Source of the DNA: Nemertoderma westbladi
Taxonomy: Eukaryota > Animalia > Xenacoelomorpha
DNA length: 64,000 nt
Assembly (NCBI GenBank): GCA_032718475.1
Contig: JAUCBJ010001029.1
Location: forward strand, 6,208 to 70,207
Direction of reading: 5' to 3'
Shown: positions 1 through 12,799 of the stretch, one piece after another
Position numbering within the stretch: position 1 is the stretch's first letter
How the letters are laid out: the number at the start of each line of letters is the position of its first letter
Translations under genes and position numbers: made by a program
The notes under the pieces: generated by a model
Told to the model about the DNA's origin: nothing
Databases searched by the model: none
Seen by the model: only the letters and a program-made list of their open reading frames with translations

Positions 1-728
1 TATATCTCAATATTACTGACACTGGTATGCCTATTGCCTATAATAATATCTTATATCTAAATATTACTGTCACTGGTATGCCTATTGCCTATAATAATAT
101 CAATATATCGCCATATTACTGACACTGGTATGCCTATTGCCTATAATAATATCTTATATCTAAATATTACTGTCACTGGTATGCCTATTGCCTATAATAA
201 TATCTTATATCTCAATATTACTGACACTGGTATGCCTATTGCCTATAATAATACCTTATATCTCAATATTACTGACACTGGTATGCCTATTGCCTATAAT
301 AATATCTTATATCGCTATATTACTGACACTGGTATGCCTATTGCCTATAATAATATCTTATATCGCCATATTACTGACACTGGTATGCCTATTGCCTATA
401 ATAATACCTTATATCTCAATATTACTGACACTGGTATGCCTATTGCCTATAATAATATCTTATAACGCCATATTACTGTCACTGGTATGCCTATTGCCTA
501 TAATAATATCTTATAACGCCATATTACTGTCACTGGTATGCCTATTGCCTATAATAATACCTTATATCTCAATATTACTGACACTGGTATGCCTATTGCC
601 TATAATAATATCTTATATCTCAATATTACTGACACTGGTATGCCTATTGCCTATAATAATATCTTATATCTCAATATTACTGACACTGGTATGCCTATTG
701 CCTATAATAATACCTTATATCGCCATAT
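1..728. repeat. 51-bp minisatellite (TATATCTCAATATTACTGACACTGGTATGCCTATTGCCTATAATAATATCT)n, about 14 copies, runs off the window start
   Basis: Tandem copies are directly visible; the 17-aa periodicity of the spurious ORFs 85..804 reflects the 51-bp unit. Confidence 0.95.
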
Positions 729-1304
729 TTTTTCATTCCATGCTTTTTTATGCGTTAATCGTAAAAATCGTATTTTTTTAGGTTTTGCGTATTTAGTTAT
801 GTAGACCGCGAGGCACTGCAATACAATTTATTATACAAATTTATTGCATAATGATAATTTTCTGCACATAAGTTTTTGTAGAATAGCAGTGCCTGAGGCA
901 ACTAGGACGCCAAATCAACCGCATACCTTACGTTTTCATGCAGTTTATTTTGTTTTTCTGATATAGATTAAATGCGCAATTATTTTAATGCCACCGTGCA
1001 AACTTAAATTTCGGCAATCAATTACTTTTTAACTGTAGTTACTTTTTAAGTTTTGGCAATTTTGTTGCAGGTTTATTTTTAGTATTTAGGTTAAGTTTTC
1101 TCTACAGTTTTGTATAATTGTGTGTTTTTTTTTTCTATAATTTCGGTGTGTCTTGATTTCCAATTTTTCTATTATCTATTTAAATTTATTATTGTACTTA
1201 ATTCTTGAATAAGACAGCTTAAACATTGTTTTACACAATAACAGTCAGGTCATTCATTGTCAACAGAAGAGTCAAGTACGCTGTAATCTTTTCAAATGCT
1301 ATAG

Positions 1305-3510
1305 ATAGAGCGCTCTAGCTAATGTTGTTTACGTGTAGCGCTCTAGGTAATGTTGTTTACTTGTAGCGCTCTAGGTAATGTTGTTTACTTGTAGCGCTCT
1401 ATGTAATGTTGTTTACTTGTAGCGCTCTAGGTAATGTTGTTTACTTGTAGCGCTCTAGGTAATGATGTTTACTTGTAGCGCTCTAGGTAATGTTGTTTAC
1501 TTGTAGCGCTCTAGGTAATGTTGTTTACGTGTAGCGCTCTAGGTAATGTTGTTTACGTATAGCGCTCTAGGTAATGTTGTTTACGTATAGCGCTCTAGAT
1601 AATGTTGTTTACTTGTAGCGCTCTAGGTAATGTTGTTTACTTGTAGCGCTCTAGGTAATGTTGTTTACTTGTAGCGCTCTAGGTAATGTTGTTTACTTGT
1701 AGCGCTCTAGGTAATGTTGTTTACTTGTAGCGCTCTAGGTAATGTTGTTTACTTGTAGCGCTCTATGTAATGTTGTTTACTTGTAGCGCTCTAGGTAATG
1801 TTGTTTACTTGAAGCGCTCTAGGTAATGTTGTTTACTTGTAGCGCTCTATGTAATGTTGTTTACTTGTAGCGCTATATGTAATGTTGTTTACTTGTAGCG
1901 CTCTAGGTAATGTTGTTTACTTGTAGCGCTCTAGGTAATGATGTTTACTTGTAGCGCTATATGTAATGTTGTTTACTTGTAGCGCTCTAGGTAATGTTGT
2001 TTACTTGTAGCGCTCTAGGTAATGTTGTTTACGTGTAGCGCTCTAGGTAATGTTGTTTACGTATAGCGCTCTAGGTAATGTTGTTTACGTATAGCGCTCT
2101 AGCTAATGTTGTTTACTTGTAGCGCTCTAGGTAATGTTGTTTACTTGTAGCGCTCTAGGTAATGTTGTTTACTTGTAGCGCTCTAGGTAATGTTGTTTAC
2201 TTGTAGCGCTCTACGTAATGTTGTTTACTTGTAGCGCTATATGTAATGTTGTTTACTTGTAGCGCTCTAGGTAATGTTGTTTACTTGTAGCGCTCTAGGT
2301 AATGTTGTTTACTTGTAGCGCTCTAGGTAATGTTGTTTACTTGTAGCGCTCTAGGTAATGTTGTTTACTTGTAGCGCTATATGTAATGTTGTTTACTTGT
2401 AGCGCTCTAGGTAATGTTGTTTACTTGTAGCGCTCTAGGTAATGTTGTTTACTTGTAGCGCTATATGTAATGTTGTTTACTTGTAGAGCTCTAGGTAATG
2501 TTGTTTACTTGTAGCGCTCTAGGTAATGTTGTTTACTTGTAGCGCTCTAGGTAATGTTGTTTACTTGTAGCGCTCTAGATAATGTTGTTTACTTGTAGCG
2601 CTCTAGGTAATGTTGTTTACTTGTAGCGCTCTAGGTAATGTTGTTTACTTGTAGCGCTATATGTAATGTTGTTTACTTGTAGCGCTCTAGGTAATGTTGT
2701 TTACTTGTAGCGCTCTAGGTAATGTTGTTTACTTGTAGCGCTATATGTAATGTTGTTTACTTGTAGCGCTATATGTAATGTTGTTTACTTGTAGCGCTCT
2801 AGGTAATGTTGTTTACTTGTAGCGCTATATGTAATGTTGTTTACTTGTAGCGCTCTAGGTAATGTTGTTTACTTGTAGCGCTCTAGGTAATGTTGTTTAC
2901 TTGTAGCGCTCTAGGTAATGTTGTTTACTTGTAGCGCTCTAGGTAATGTTGTTTACTTGTAGCGCTCTAGGTAATGTTGTTTACTTGTAGCGCTCTAGGT
3001 AATGTTGTTTACTTGTAGCGCTCTAGGTAATGTTGTTTACTTGTAGCGCTATATGTAATGTTGTTTACTTGTAGCGCTCTAGGTAATGTTGTTTACTTGT
3101 AGCGCTCTAGGTAATGTTGTTTACTTGTAGCGCTATATGTAATGTTGTTTACTTGTAGAGCTCTAGGTAATGTTGTTTACTTGTAGCGCTCTAGGTAATG
3201 TTGTTTACTTGTAGCGCTCTAGGTAATGTTGTTTACTTGTAGCGCTCTAGATAATGTTGTTTACTTGTAGCGCTCTAGATAATGTTGTTTACTTGTAGCG
3301 CTCTAGGTAATGTTGTTTACTTGAAGCGCTCTAGGTAATGTTGTTTACTTGTAGAGTTCTAGGTAATGTTGTTTACTTGTAGAGTTCTAGGTAATGTTGT
3401 TTACGTGTAGCGCTCTAGGTAATGTTGTTTACTTGAAGCGCTCTAGGTAATGTTGTTTACTTGTAGAGTTCTATGTAATGTTGTTTACTTGTAGCGCTCT
3501 AGATAATGTT
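1305..3510. repeat. 28-bp minisatellite (GTAGCGCTCTAGGTAATGTTGTTTACTT)n, about 78 copies
   Basis: Near-perfect tandem array with a 28-bp period (AATGTTGTTTAC at 1321, 1349, ...). Confidence 0.97.
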
Positions 3511-4374
3511 GGTTGTCTTTTTCTCAATAATCATCCCACTCGTGCTGAATAGCTCCCATATACCGTATTTTATACATCGATTTAATATATTGAATGTGTC
3601 TTGTATTTAATTAATATTCGAGGTCTAGGTACTCCTTTACGGTGCATTTGAATAATAATTATTGAATTAATTAATTGTTGGTTTTTGTATAATTCAGCTT
3701 TGCTTTGGATACTTTTATACGTAATTAAATATGCTGCATTGGTTTAATTAATGATCTTTTATAATTGTTTTAATTTTCGTTTTCGCCTTTACTAATACTA
3801 ATTATTATTTTATTTATATATATTATGGATTTATGGAAGTTACAATATTTATATAGTTTAAATCTATTCCGAAGCCGATTTTATTTCTATTTCCGTAGAT
3901 TATTTCTTTATAAAATAGTTTAATCTGCCTTTCCTTTGTGTTTATTTGTCATGTATTTAGATATGTTTATCGTTATTCAGTCGCTATAGGCATCAACCTC
4001 GGATACATTACAACTGAGACACAAAATAATGTTAATAAAAAATTTATTATTGTTATTATACAATTTTACAATTATTGGTGATGAATTTCCATAATAATAA
4101 CAATTATGTTTATAAAGTATATACATAACATAATCATTGAAGAATAATGTTATTTTGGAAATAATAAACTCTTTATTTCATTGCTTGTAATCTATCGCCT
4201 TATTAGCGTCTGCGAGGATTTTAATAGGGATGAGAACTGAATTGTATAAATTGTAAGATTGCGACTTGGAGTTAGTAATTTTATTCGAAAATGGAAATAT
4301 TTATTTTAAAAAATTAAAAATTTAACGTTAAATTCCACTACTCATCCACTTCCACTACTAAAGGCTGTAGAAAT

Positions 4375-4540
4375 TTCGCACTGTTGTGTCCCTAGGCAAG
4401 ACACTTTAGACATTAGTGCCTACGTCAACCCAGCGGTATAATGGGAACCTGGCTTTGCTGGGGTAATGATAATAAAAGCGCTTTGAGTATGCTGAGCGTA
4501 GAAAAGCGCTATATAAATAACCAATATTATTATTATTATA
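4375..4540 (+). mobile_element. 5'-truncated SINE with a CORE-like body and L2-like 3' tail
   Basis: GTGTCCCTAGGCAAGACACTT...CAACCCAGCGGTATAATGGGAACCTGG body, then AAAGCGCTTTGAG...GAAAAGCGCTATATAAAT and an (ATT)n tail, as in L2-mobilised SINEs. Confidence 0.6.
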
Positions 4541-5365
4541 GTTTATAGTGGTTATTGCTGCTTGTAGCGACAGTATACTAGTGGTTTAGGGCTAGCTAAT
4601 AGTAACGACGTACTGGCAATTAATTTATATTAACCTACTGTTTCGACATGCCGGTAGTGAGACCTACGATCAGCTACGCTATATTGTATGTGGGGGGTGT
4701 AGGCCTAACGTTTGGTATTACTGATAGGATAGTCAGTAAAAATGAAAATAAGTGATGGGCGATCTACCGGGTGTACAGGTAACGTGCCTAACCTATATGC
4801 TGTGGCTTACTTACTGGCTTGATGCCCGCCGTAAAAACGTTTTTCACCCGCCTTATAAAGTCATATAAAAATAATTCATTGTGTCAAGTACAATGCACAC
4901 ATCTCCAACCAGACACTATATAATATTGGGAGACAGGGGGGGGGGGGGGGGGGAACTCGACGCAAAACCCGCCTTGGCGAATTAATATCCCGCCTCAATG
5001 TTAAATCCTCAATTTAGGGAAAGGAGCAGGTTACAGTGACACGATATTTTAACCAAAACAATAAACTAAACACAATAGAACAAGTTAAAGTGTTATTTTT
5101 GAGAGTAATCATCTGTTATTTGCGTCGAATTTCCCCTGGAAAGGGATGAATTTTTATTATTATTATTATTATTATTAGCTGACGTCGTACATGAGACAAT
5201 AGAATTAATTGCACAGTACAAAATACTTAGGAATAATTAAGTAATTAGGTAATGATTAAATTTAAAGCACAAATAAGATATTAATGGTGAATATATGAAT
5301 ATAACAACGATATTATAAGTACAATATAACAATACTATATAATATGATAAAATCGAATATCAGTC

Positions 5366-6321
5366 TTAACTAGTGCACAGGAAATTCAGGATGTCATCCA
5401 GATCAACGGCATTAAAATTAGAAACTTCTAGGTTATTGAATTTGCATTCCAAAATTTCTTTAACAAAATTAACTTTATATAAATCTACAACAACAGGTGT
5501 GTAACGTAGATAGGATACTTGCTTAGTTGAAACTGTTCGTAAATCAAAGTGATTACACGCGTTACCAATAGATCTAAAGTTTCGACCACTTCGAGTTCTA
5601 CAATCAAAAAGTGTCAGTTCTCCTAAGAAACGGATGCAAGGTTTGAACGAATTAAGTAAACTATGAGCAAAAGTGACGAACCTTGATTGTAACATTATAG
5701 AAGGGTGTTTAAATGGCACTAAACCTTCCACTATGTATCTATGTGTATTAAACGGGAGATTAAAAAGTAGTCTGACATTAATATTCCAAAATCCGCATTG
5801 ATATCACCAACAAGTAATATATCAGATAAATCAGATGACGTTATAAGATATTTAATATCATTAATCAATGTAAGTAGCTCGTCGGATACATTGTTACCTC
5901 TGTTGTCCACAGGAAAATAAGAATTAATGATTAATATTTGTTTAGATCCCGGCATATTTATTCGAATAGCCTGTAACCTAGAGTTTGTAACCTTAACATG
6001 GGATATATATTTTTGAATATGCTTTTTAAATATAAAACAAAGGCCGCCGGATGGTCTACCAGCGCGTATAACATTATCTGGATAAGTAGCTGGTTGTAAT
6101 ATGCACTGATAATCTGAGAAAAACTGTTTAAAGCGGTATGAATTATCATGCAAGACAAAATGCTCTTGCAAACATACTATATCACTTCCCATTAATAAAA
6201 CTTTAATAAATTCGACCTTATCTGGTGATAAGCCTGTGCTGTTAAAAGACGTTACAGAAATGATACTTGAGTCTAACGTATCGCAGGGGGTAATAAAAAT
6301 AGAGTTTGTGGGAGTAGCCAT
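5366..6321 (-). pseudogene. LINE ORF2 remnant: AP-endonuclease N-terminus joined to the ORF2 C-terminus
   Basis: EEP motifs SFNSTG, DIVCLQEH, GRPSGGL, NSYFP and GDINADF are present. The RT domain is absent. Confidence 0.8.
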
Positions 6322-6400
6322 TGTAAAAATAATTAGAAATATATAACATAATTATAAAAAAAAAAATAAACAATTGCAGAATATATACATATGTAACAAG

Positions 6401-6925
6401 TTATTTCGCTAAACCATCATCCGGCTCTCGATAATTCCGATTATACCGCGAATACCTCCACGGACGAACACATACTCCGGAAGGCCATGTTTCCGGTGCA
6501 AGCGCCTTCTGATAGTAATCTTGAGGGATCGAAATCTTATAGCTGTTCGACCTGTTGTCATGATGTGATTTTCTCTCAATATCGTCCACCGTAATGGAGA
6601 TTCCGCTATCCGCTAGATCCTCAACAAGGTCTGCTGGGGTAACCGACTTGTGGAGTCGAAAAACAAAGACATGCGCCGGGGCCGCCCGAGTTTTACGTGA
6701 CGAACAGGATTTGGTGGCCATTCCACCTGTACCGACCACATGTCGCCGCGGTTTACGTTCCGGAACCCGAATAAATCCATCCGCGTCTGTCTGTCTGGGT
6801 ACCGGTATATGACGGACGTCTGTGTCTGGTGTACCTGGAACGGGGGTCACAACGCCATTATCTCCAGTAGATCGGTATCTTCGGCGTTTCAAACTTCCTT
6901 GCCCATCGGCTCCAACTCCCGTCAT
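6401..6925 (-). CDS. LINE ORF1 C-terminal part (RRM-like)
   Basis: The HVFVFRL...SYKISIP...WPSGVCVRPW pattern is typical of invertebrate LINE ORF1; it lies directly upstream of the endonuclease ORF. Confidence 0.65.
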   Translation of the reverse strand: MTGVGADGQGSLKRRRYRSTGDNGVVTPVPGTPDTDVRHIPVPRQTDADGFIRVPERKPRRHVVGTGGMATKSCSSRKTRAAPAHVFVFRLHKSVTPADLVEDLADSGISITVDDIERKSHHDNRSNSYKISIPQDYYQKALAPETWPSGVCVRPWRYSRYNRNYREPDDGLAK

Positions 6926-7306
6926 TGGCGGCTTAGAAAGTGGGAAGAGTTTTGGAGTTTATTGCGTCCAGTTTCCCCCCCTATCTGAATATTGGAGGTG
7001 TCTCATTGGTTCCCCCAAGCTTGACACTAGAACAAAGCCGCCTCTGCTTTGCAGGACATTGCTTTCGCCGTGAGGACCAGCCAGTGCATAATCTTGTACT
7101 TTGGCAGCCTCATGGAGTGAATAAGCATGGTGGACAGCCCATGACTTTCTTGAGACGCATCTTAAAGGACACTGGCCTTGAAGATGCGGATGATCTAGCA
7201 AATGTCATGGGTGATAGGGAGTTGTGGCAGTGCAATTTTGTTGACAAGCCGGCACAGCATTCTTAAAAATGCAGCTGCAATGCAGCATGCCGATCCTAGT
7301 AGTAGT

Positions 7307-8788
7307 ACTGAGCCTTCATTATTGTAGATCATTACGCCGTAGCTGTGAATAGCATTGACAGTATGTAACCATTCAGCATTAGCTACCTCAGTAGTTAGTT
7401 CTACCAGTTTCCATAACGTATCCAATGAACCGGGTTCTCCACGCGCTATCCTTATAGATTCATAACCAGGCATTTCACGTATATTCGCGTTTGGTTCGAC
7501 ATATCTCAAATCATCTTCAATGAAAACTACATCCAGGTTCCAGTGAACGAGGCGACGGTAATCCATAAATGTTTCCAAGTTAAAGGGTGGACGCGAACTT
7601 GCTTCATCGTTACTATATTATAAGGTTTTTTGAATGAGTTTAATTTCACCAAATAATCTAAATGTTGATGTAAAGACTCCAATTCCACGAGGTCCAACGG
7701 ATTCACCAATGGTAAAAATCGCATGTCCCATCCAGGGTGTTCAGGTTGTATAACATAGTGTTGCTTGAGCATCACAAACCGAGGATGGTCTTTGATTCCG
7801 TAGAAGGGATAATGCAAGTGGCGACGTGCTACATTTATACCGTGGACCCTTTCTCGAATCACGTCGGCGTGAGTACGGGAGGGGGGAACTAGTTCACCAT
7901 CCACATGTAATGGTTCCAACGTGGGTGTCTTTAAAATAGGAACATCGGCAATAGCGCAAGTAGTTTCAGAAGGTTCGCCAAATATATATGGTTGCTTGGT
8001 ACTGAAAACTTTATGCTGCATGGAAAGGTGTACGTAACGTTTTGGTTGAAAGCCTTCCATTAAAGACTGTACATAAGGTAAACGGTGAGATCAGCATCCT
8101 CCAACGCTATTGCTTCTTCCTTGCGTCGCTCCTTTTCTCTGGCTTCTGCTTGGAGGTTGGAGAGGAATTCCGAGAAGGATTGCAGGTCTCCTTCGGTGAT
8201 ACGAGTTCTCAAGGTATTGATCTCCGGCTGCAACAAAACGTTGTCCATGGCTTCCAACAAGGCGAGTTCCATTAATAATGTACCAGATGGAGTTGTAGAT
8301 AAGTGTGCATGGATACCAGCCAAGCTGGACGACATTATCAAATGAGTAGTTTCCTCGCGGAGGGGTATGACCACACCTGGTCTCAATAAATCACCTGGCG
8401 TCACGGCTCGGGATATCCCGACTCCTCTCCCAAGTCCAGGTGGAACTAGAGGGGCTATCACCGGTTCCTCTCGAGGGATTAACTGTTCAGGTAGAATCAT
8501 ATCTCGGTACTCAGAGTAGTCTTCATCTCGAGGGCCGAAATTCTGGGGAAGGACTGGGGATGGTTAAACCTTCGGTGCCGGGGGTTGTACTGAAAACCGT
8601 AGGACATCAATGGGTAAACACTCAATTTTACGCAACCTCTTCAGAGCTCTTTCATTCACGCCAAATAAATCTAGCTCATATCCTCCATACGTGAAATGCG
8701 TGTAACTATGTTTGGGGCAGCGTTCACGGGGTGATTCCCGGTCGACCCCATTGCACATGGTCATCATGGTTTACTTATGGGTTACTTG
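7307..8788 (-). other. 1.48-kb cassette of tightly packed orphan ORFs (8564..8767, 8060..8500, 7527..8060, about 7307..7566); possible endogenous viral element
   Basis: Intronless same-strand ORFs with a TAATG stop/start overlap at 8058-8062, flanked by 258-bp direct repeats of an RTE 3' end. No recognised homology. Confidence 0.4.
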
Positions 8789-9046
8789 TTGCAGGACATT
8801 GCTTTCGCCGTGAGGACCAGCCAGTGCATAATCTTGTACTTTGGCAGCCTCATGGAGTGAATAAGCATGGTGGACAGCCCATGACTTTCTTGAGACGCAT
8901 CTTAAAGGACACTGGCCTTAAAGATGCGGATGATCTAGCAAATGTCATGGGTGATAGGGAGTTGTGGCGGTGCAATTTTGTTGACAAGCCGGCACAGCAT
9001 TCTTAAAAATGCAGCTGCAATGCAGCATGCCGATCCTAGTAGTAGT
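8789..9046 (+). mobile_element. RTE 3' fragment, near-identical to 7049-7306
   Basis: Only two substitutions seen versus 7049-7306; (TAG)n tail. Confidence 0.85.
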
Positions 9047-10800
9047 GTTGGTTGGGATGAGGACATTCATTACAGTAATACCATAATCTAAAGTCCTGGC
9101 AACTCACATGTGGAGATCGAGAACAATATAATAACCATATTATCATTATCACAAATTGAAATGCAACTTATTATTATTAACACAAAGATTTGATTGTATA
9201 TACTGTATTTCATTGTGGGCGAATACTGTATAAACCGTTGCGTTACTGCAGCAGTACCGCAGCGGAACCACTGCGTTACCGCAATGGCACCACAACGGTA
9301 TCATTGGGTGTGAACGGGCTCCGGGTAGTTTACCGCTGGCTTACCGCTTCAATACCGCAAGACTAACCATTGGGACCAAACTACCTGTCAACAGGTAGTT
9401 TACCGCTCATGCACCGTTGGATGTGAACGGGCCTCAAGATGAAGTAGTAGTAGGGGGATTACTGTAGATGGAGGGCCTAAGTTAGGTTGTTAACTGTTTA
9501 AAGGAGGACCACAACAGAGTAATTAGTTACCAGTATGGTATACCCTAGGGCTAAATATGGCGAGCTGAAAGTCCATGGCGAAGTGGTAGCCGGGGCAGTG
9601 CCAACAATGACGTCATTTAGTAAGTAATATATAAAACTTTTTATTGGTAATTCTAAAAATAGAAATCAATTTATAAATTAAATAAGTAATACAATAAAAT
9701 AAAATAAAAGTAATACAATTAATTAATTTAAAATTAAATACAAATAAATAAATTCCCATTAATAAAAGGGAAGAGGTATCACTAATGACACCCTTTGTAC
9801 TGCTTTGCGAAAGTTAGACAACACTGATGACCCATTGGGTTTCAGGGCGCTAATCAGTCTGATTAATTAGGATAATCAATTAAACCCTAATTAGGAGTCA
9901 TAAGACATCTATTAGGGATTAAATGTGCTAATTAATTGATGACACCTGTCAATTGGGGTCTAATTAGCCTAATTGGGAGGTGTCACCTCCATAGACAGTC
10001 TGGTGCCAATGACACCAAATGACACCCATGGGGTGATAAATGGGTATCATATGACATCCAATGGGTGTCAGTGAGGTCTAACTGTCGCAAAGCCGTGCAA
10101 GACTATACTACTGACACAGCTGTTTTTTGGCGTATGGAAAGTATTTTCGGAAATACAAATAAGATGGTGAAAACCGTGAGTGGCCCTACAGATCGCATGT
10201 CTGTTTCGGCGCCCTGGAAGTTTCCAATTCCAGTCTCCAACAACAAACAACATACGCCCGCGTTTGCTTGAATAGCTAATACATAAAGTTATACTTATAA
10301 CTTATATTGTACGGTATATGAACGCCCGTGTGGTGTGAATAATACCACGTTTTGACTTTTCGGTCCAAATTTTATTTCAATTTTATATTTATGATGGATT
10401 TGTATTTTTTAATTTCTCCTTGCGCGAATTTTGAGCTAACGGGGGGGGGGGGGGGGGGGGGGGGGTGCGCTTTTTTCGGCTGGCGCGGAGCGAATTAATA
10501 AATTTATAACTTCCACCCCGAGCATAGGATAAGTAAGTATTTACAACTACCGGCACCGGAAGAAGGTGGAAGGCCATATAACGCAAGCTGTTTGCTGTTA
10601 TCATTGCCCGCCAATGACTTTTAAAGTATAGCTTTTGGTGTTAAACTTGCTACTTCCAAACTCGCCAAGGGCGTAGGATCGCAGCAGTTGTTTCCGTTAA
10701 TTTCATACAAGAAACAGAGACAGCCGCTGCGTGAAGAACCCTCTGGTCTTGTACCGGTACCGGTAGCGCCAGGTATTACCACTCACGCGGATCTTGCGAG

Positions 10801-11152
10801 ATGAATCTTAAGGATGCGGTTAAATCTCTGGAGGATTTGTTTCCAGTAGCATAGCGGCGGACTGGGATAACGTGGGATTAATTTTTGAACCGAGCCCTCC
10901 CCACACGGTAAAACGAATCCTATTAACCAACGACCTAACGGAGCAGGTTCTTGTGGAGGCGATCACAAAACGGGTAAACCTGGTGTACGCCTATCATCCG
11001 CCCCTTTTTAAACCGATTAAACGTCTAACTCAACAGTCGCCAGCAACGCATTGCTGTAGCGGCTTTGGAGAACCGAATCGCTGTCTACAGCCCTCACACC
11101 AGTCTGGATGCGAGTATTGATGGCGTTAACGACTGGCTCGTTGCCTGTCTCG
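10801..11152 (+). CDS. NIF3L1: NIF3-like protein 1, exon 1 (two apparent frameshifts at about 10845 and 11040)
   Basis: MNLKDAVKSLEDLFP / SIAADWDNVGLIFEPSPP..ILLTNDLTEQVLVEA..YAYHPPLFKPIKRLTQ / QRIAVAALENRIAVYSPHTSLDASIDGVNDWL; donor GTACGT at 11153. Confidence 0.88.
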
Positions 11153-11411
11153 GTACGTAAACAATACTCCACCGGTACGTACGGTAGCCTACCGTGTACC
11201 GTAAGTAACAAAAACTACCGGTAACGGGCACGTCAGCACGTCCCACCGATACCGTACCGTAAGTCATAAGTCTATTATTGTTAATTTAACTATTTACATC
11301 ATGGTGTGAAAAGTAGCACTTTTCAGCTTTATGACATCAGGACATTGTGTATTTGTGCTGAGCGAGCGCAGCGTGGGGGGTTTACATAAATAAATATACT
11401 AGTCAGTCATA

Positions 11412-12046
11412 CTACTACTACTACATCGAGCGAACTCGGACAATGGAAATGAGATCCTTCCAGGCTTCCCGATTCTCCGTAGTCTGATAGTTGTCGCAAT
11501 GTCGTTTCTCCCAAGTTCAGTATCCCTCGGACAATGGAAATGAGATCCTTCCAGGCTTCCCGATTCTCCATAGTCTGATAGTTGTCGCAATGTCGTTTCT
11601 CCCAAGTTCAGTATCCCTTTCAAGTTGATCAATAGGCCTATATGTTATGGCCGGTAGATCTGGTATGACCTCGTCTTTACTTCGCCAGCAGTGCCCACTG
11701 AATCTTAATGATGAATGAATCTTGATACAGGTGGTATTGTACCATAAAGCTCGGCGTTTTGTCATGTGTTGTATCCAGCTGATGTTTATGGCTGCCCTCA
11801 GAAGTCTTGTGTAGCAACCATCAATTCGTTGTTTCAAGTGATTTAGTCAGTGTCCAGGTCTCACCCCCGTATAAAAATACACTTTCCACTGTGGCTCGAA
11901 AGAACTTAGTCTTCAGGTGCCTGGAGAGATCTGATTTCCAGATGGTATCCATTTTTGATAGAGCTACCCAAGCCTTTGCTTTCCTAACTTCTATGTCCTT
12001 TTTGCTACTCTCTATCCATGATCCTAGGTCCTCGAAGTCGTCGACC
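11412..12046 (-). mobile_element. Degenerate RTE LINE 3' fragment in NIF3L1 intron 1
   Basis: Homologous to 60350-60951; (TAG)n tail; 11-bp TSD AGTCAGTCATA (11401-11411 and 12047-12057); internal duplication near the 3' end. Confidence 0.9.
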
Positions 12047-12616
12047 AGTCAGTCATAAAACGATGAATAGCGCCCTTTTCATATCATAAAATGATCGCCC
12101 TTTTCGTAAAATGATATACGTAATTTTATTACATTATGTCAACTTATTTTTGCCTATCCCCGAAACGCAGAAAAGTACAACTTTGCAGCGTTACGTTTTA
12201 TAGGACGGGACGCTGCAAAGTAATAACCAACTTAGGTCTTGAGTATTAATTTTTATTTGTGCGTTTGTTGACTCGTTCTAGTTGAATAATTTCAACCGTG
12301 ACACACTTATATATTCTGTTAGATTCAACTTTTAGATTTTAAACTCATTTTAAAATCTAAATATTTTTTGTCAACTAAATAATTTATTTTAATTAAAGGC
12401 CATATTTGTTACTGTTGGTGCTATAGACGAGATTTTACTAAGAAATTAATGAATTAATAATAATATTTTTTATTTTTTTAAGTTATTTTTTGCAGTCCAC
12501 CAAATCGATCAATGCAATTCGAATGATTCGTAGAGATAATATAATTTTTTTAGTGAAATACTTTATGTAAAAAAAGGTGGCGTATCTTATGTTTAGTATA
12601 TATTATTATATCGCAG

Positions 12617-12799
12617 ATCCGGTGAGCTCTAAACCCTTAGCCCAATTGAAGGATGACTCATATTCCCTGAATATCAGGGTTGAGTCCCTGTTACCAGACG
12701 GACCGTTAGCTGCCGACGGGTTGGCTGATGAACTATCGAAAATGGAATTCGTTGACGATATTTTAATATTTCCAGTTTCAAGTGTTTCAAAAGATTCCG
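12617..12799 (+). CDS. NIF3L1: NIF3L1 exon 2
   Basis: CGCAG acceptor, GTATGT donor, open frame, phase-1 junctions compatible with exons 1 and 3. Confidence 0.75.

Larger units (their letters stand above)
5155..6957 (-). mobile_element. APE-type non-LTR retrotransposon (CR1/L2/Jockey group), 5'-truncated and internally deleted (no RT)
   Basis: ORF1 6401..6925 (VFVFRL...YKISIP...WPSGVCVRPW), endonuclease 5731..6321, ORF2 C-terminal remnant 5366..5731, (TAA)n tail at about 5155-5176. Confidence 0.8.
4930..6987 (+). mobile_element. hAT-like MITE (about 250 bp), interrupted by a LINE
   Basis: 8-bp TSD AATATTGG (4922-4929 and 6988-6995); termini GAGACAGGGG.../...CCCCTATCTG; matches the intact copy at 21684-21932. 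Confidence 0.85.
4877..7306 (+). mobile_element. RTE-clade LINE 3' fragment (4877-4929 and 6988-7306) split by nested insertions
   Basis: The two halves join to match the uninterrupted copy at 20921-21260. It encodes an RTE ORF C-terminus (FAGHCFRRE..VLWQP..G..G.P..T) and ends in a (TAG)n tail. Confidence 0.8.

Noticed and set aside
85-804. Repetitive ORFs at the window start
   Set aside because: Artefacts of a 51-bp tandem unit.
1305-3510. CRISPR-like 28-bp repeats
   Set aside because: No spacers, no cas genes, eukaryotic context.
9230-10135. Degenerate palindromic/repeat-rich segments (ACCGC and GTGAACGGGC repeats; TGACACC repeats)
   Set aside because: Probably old MITE remnants, but paired termini and TSDs could not be defined.
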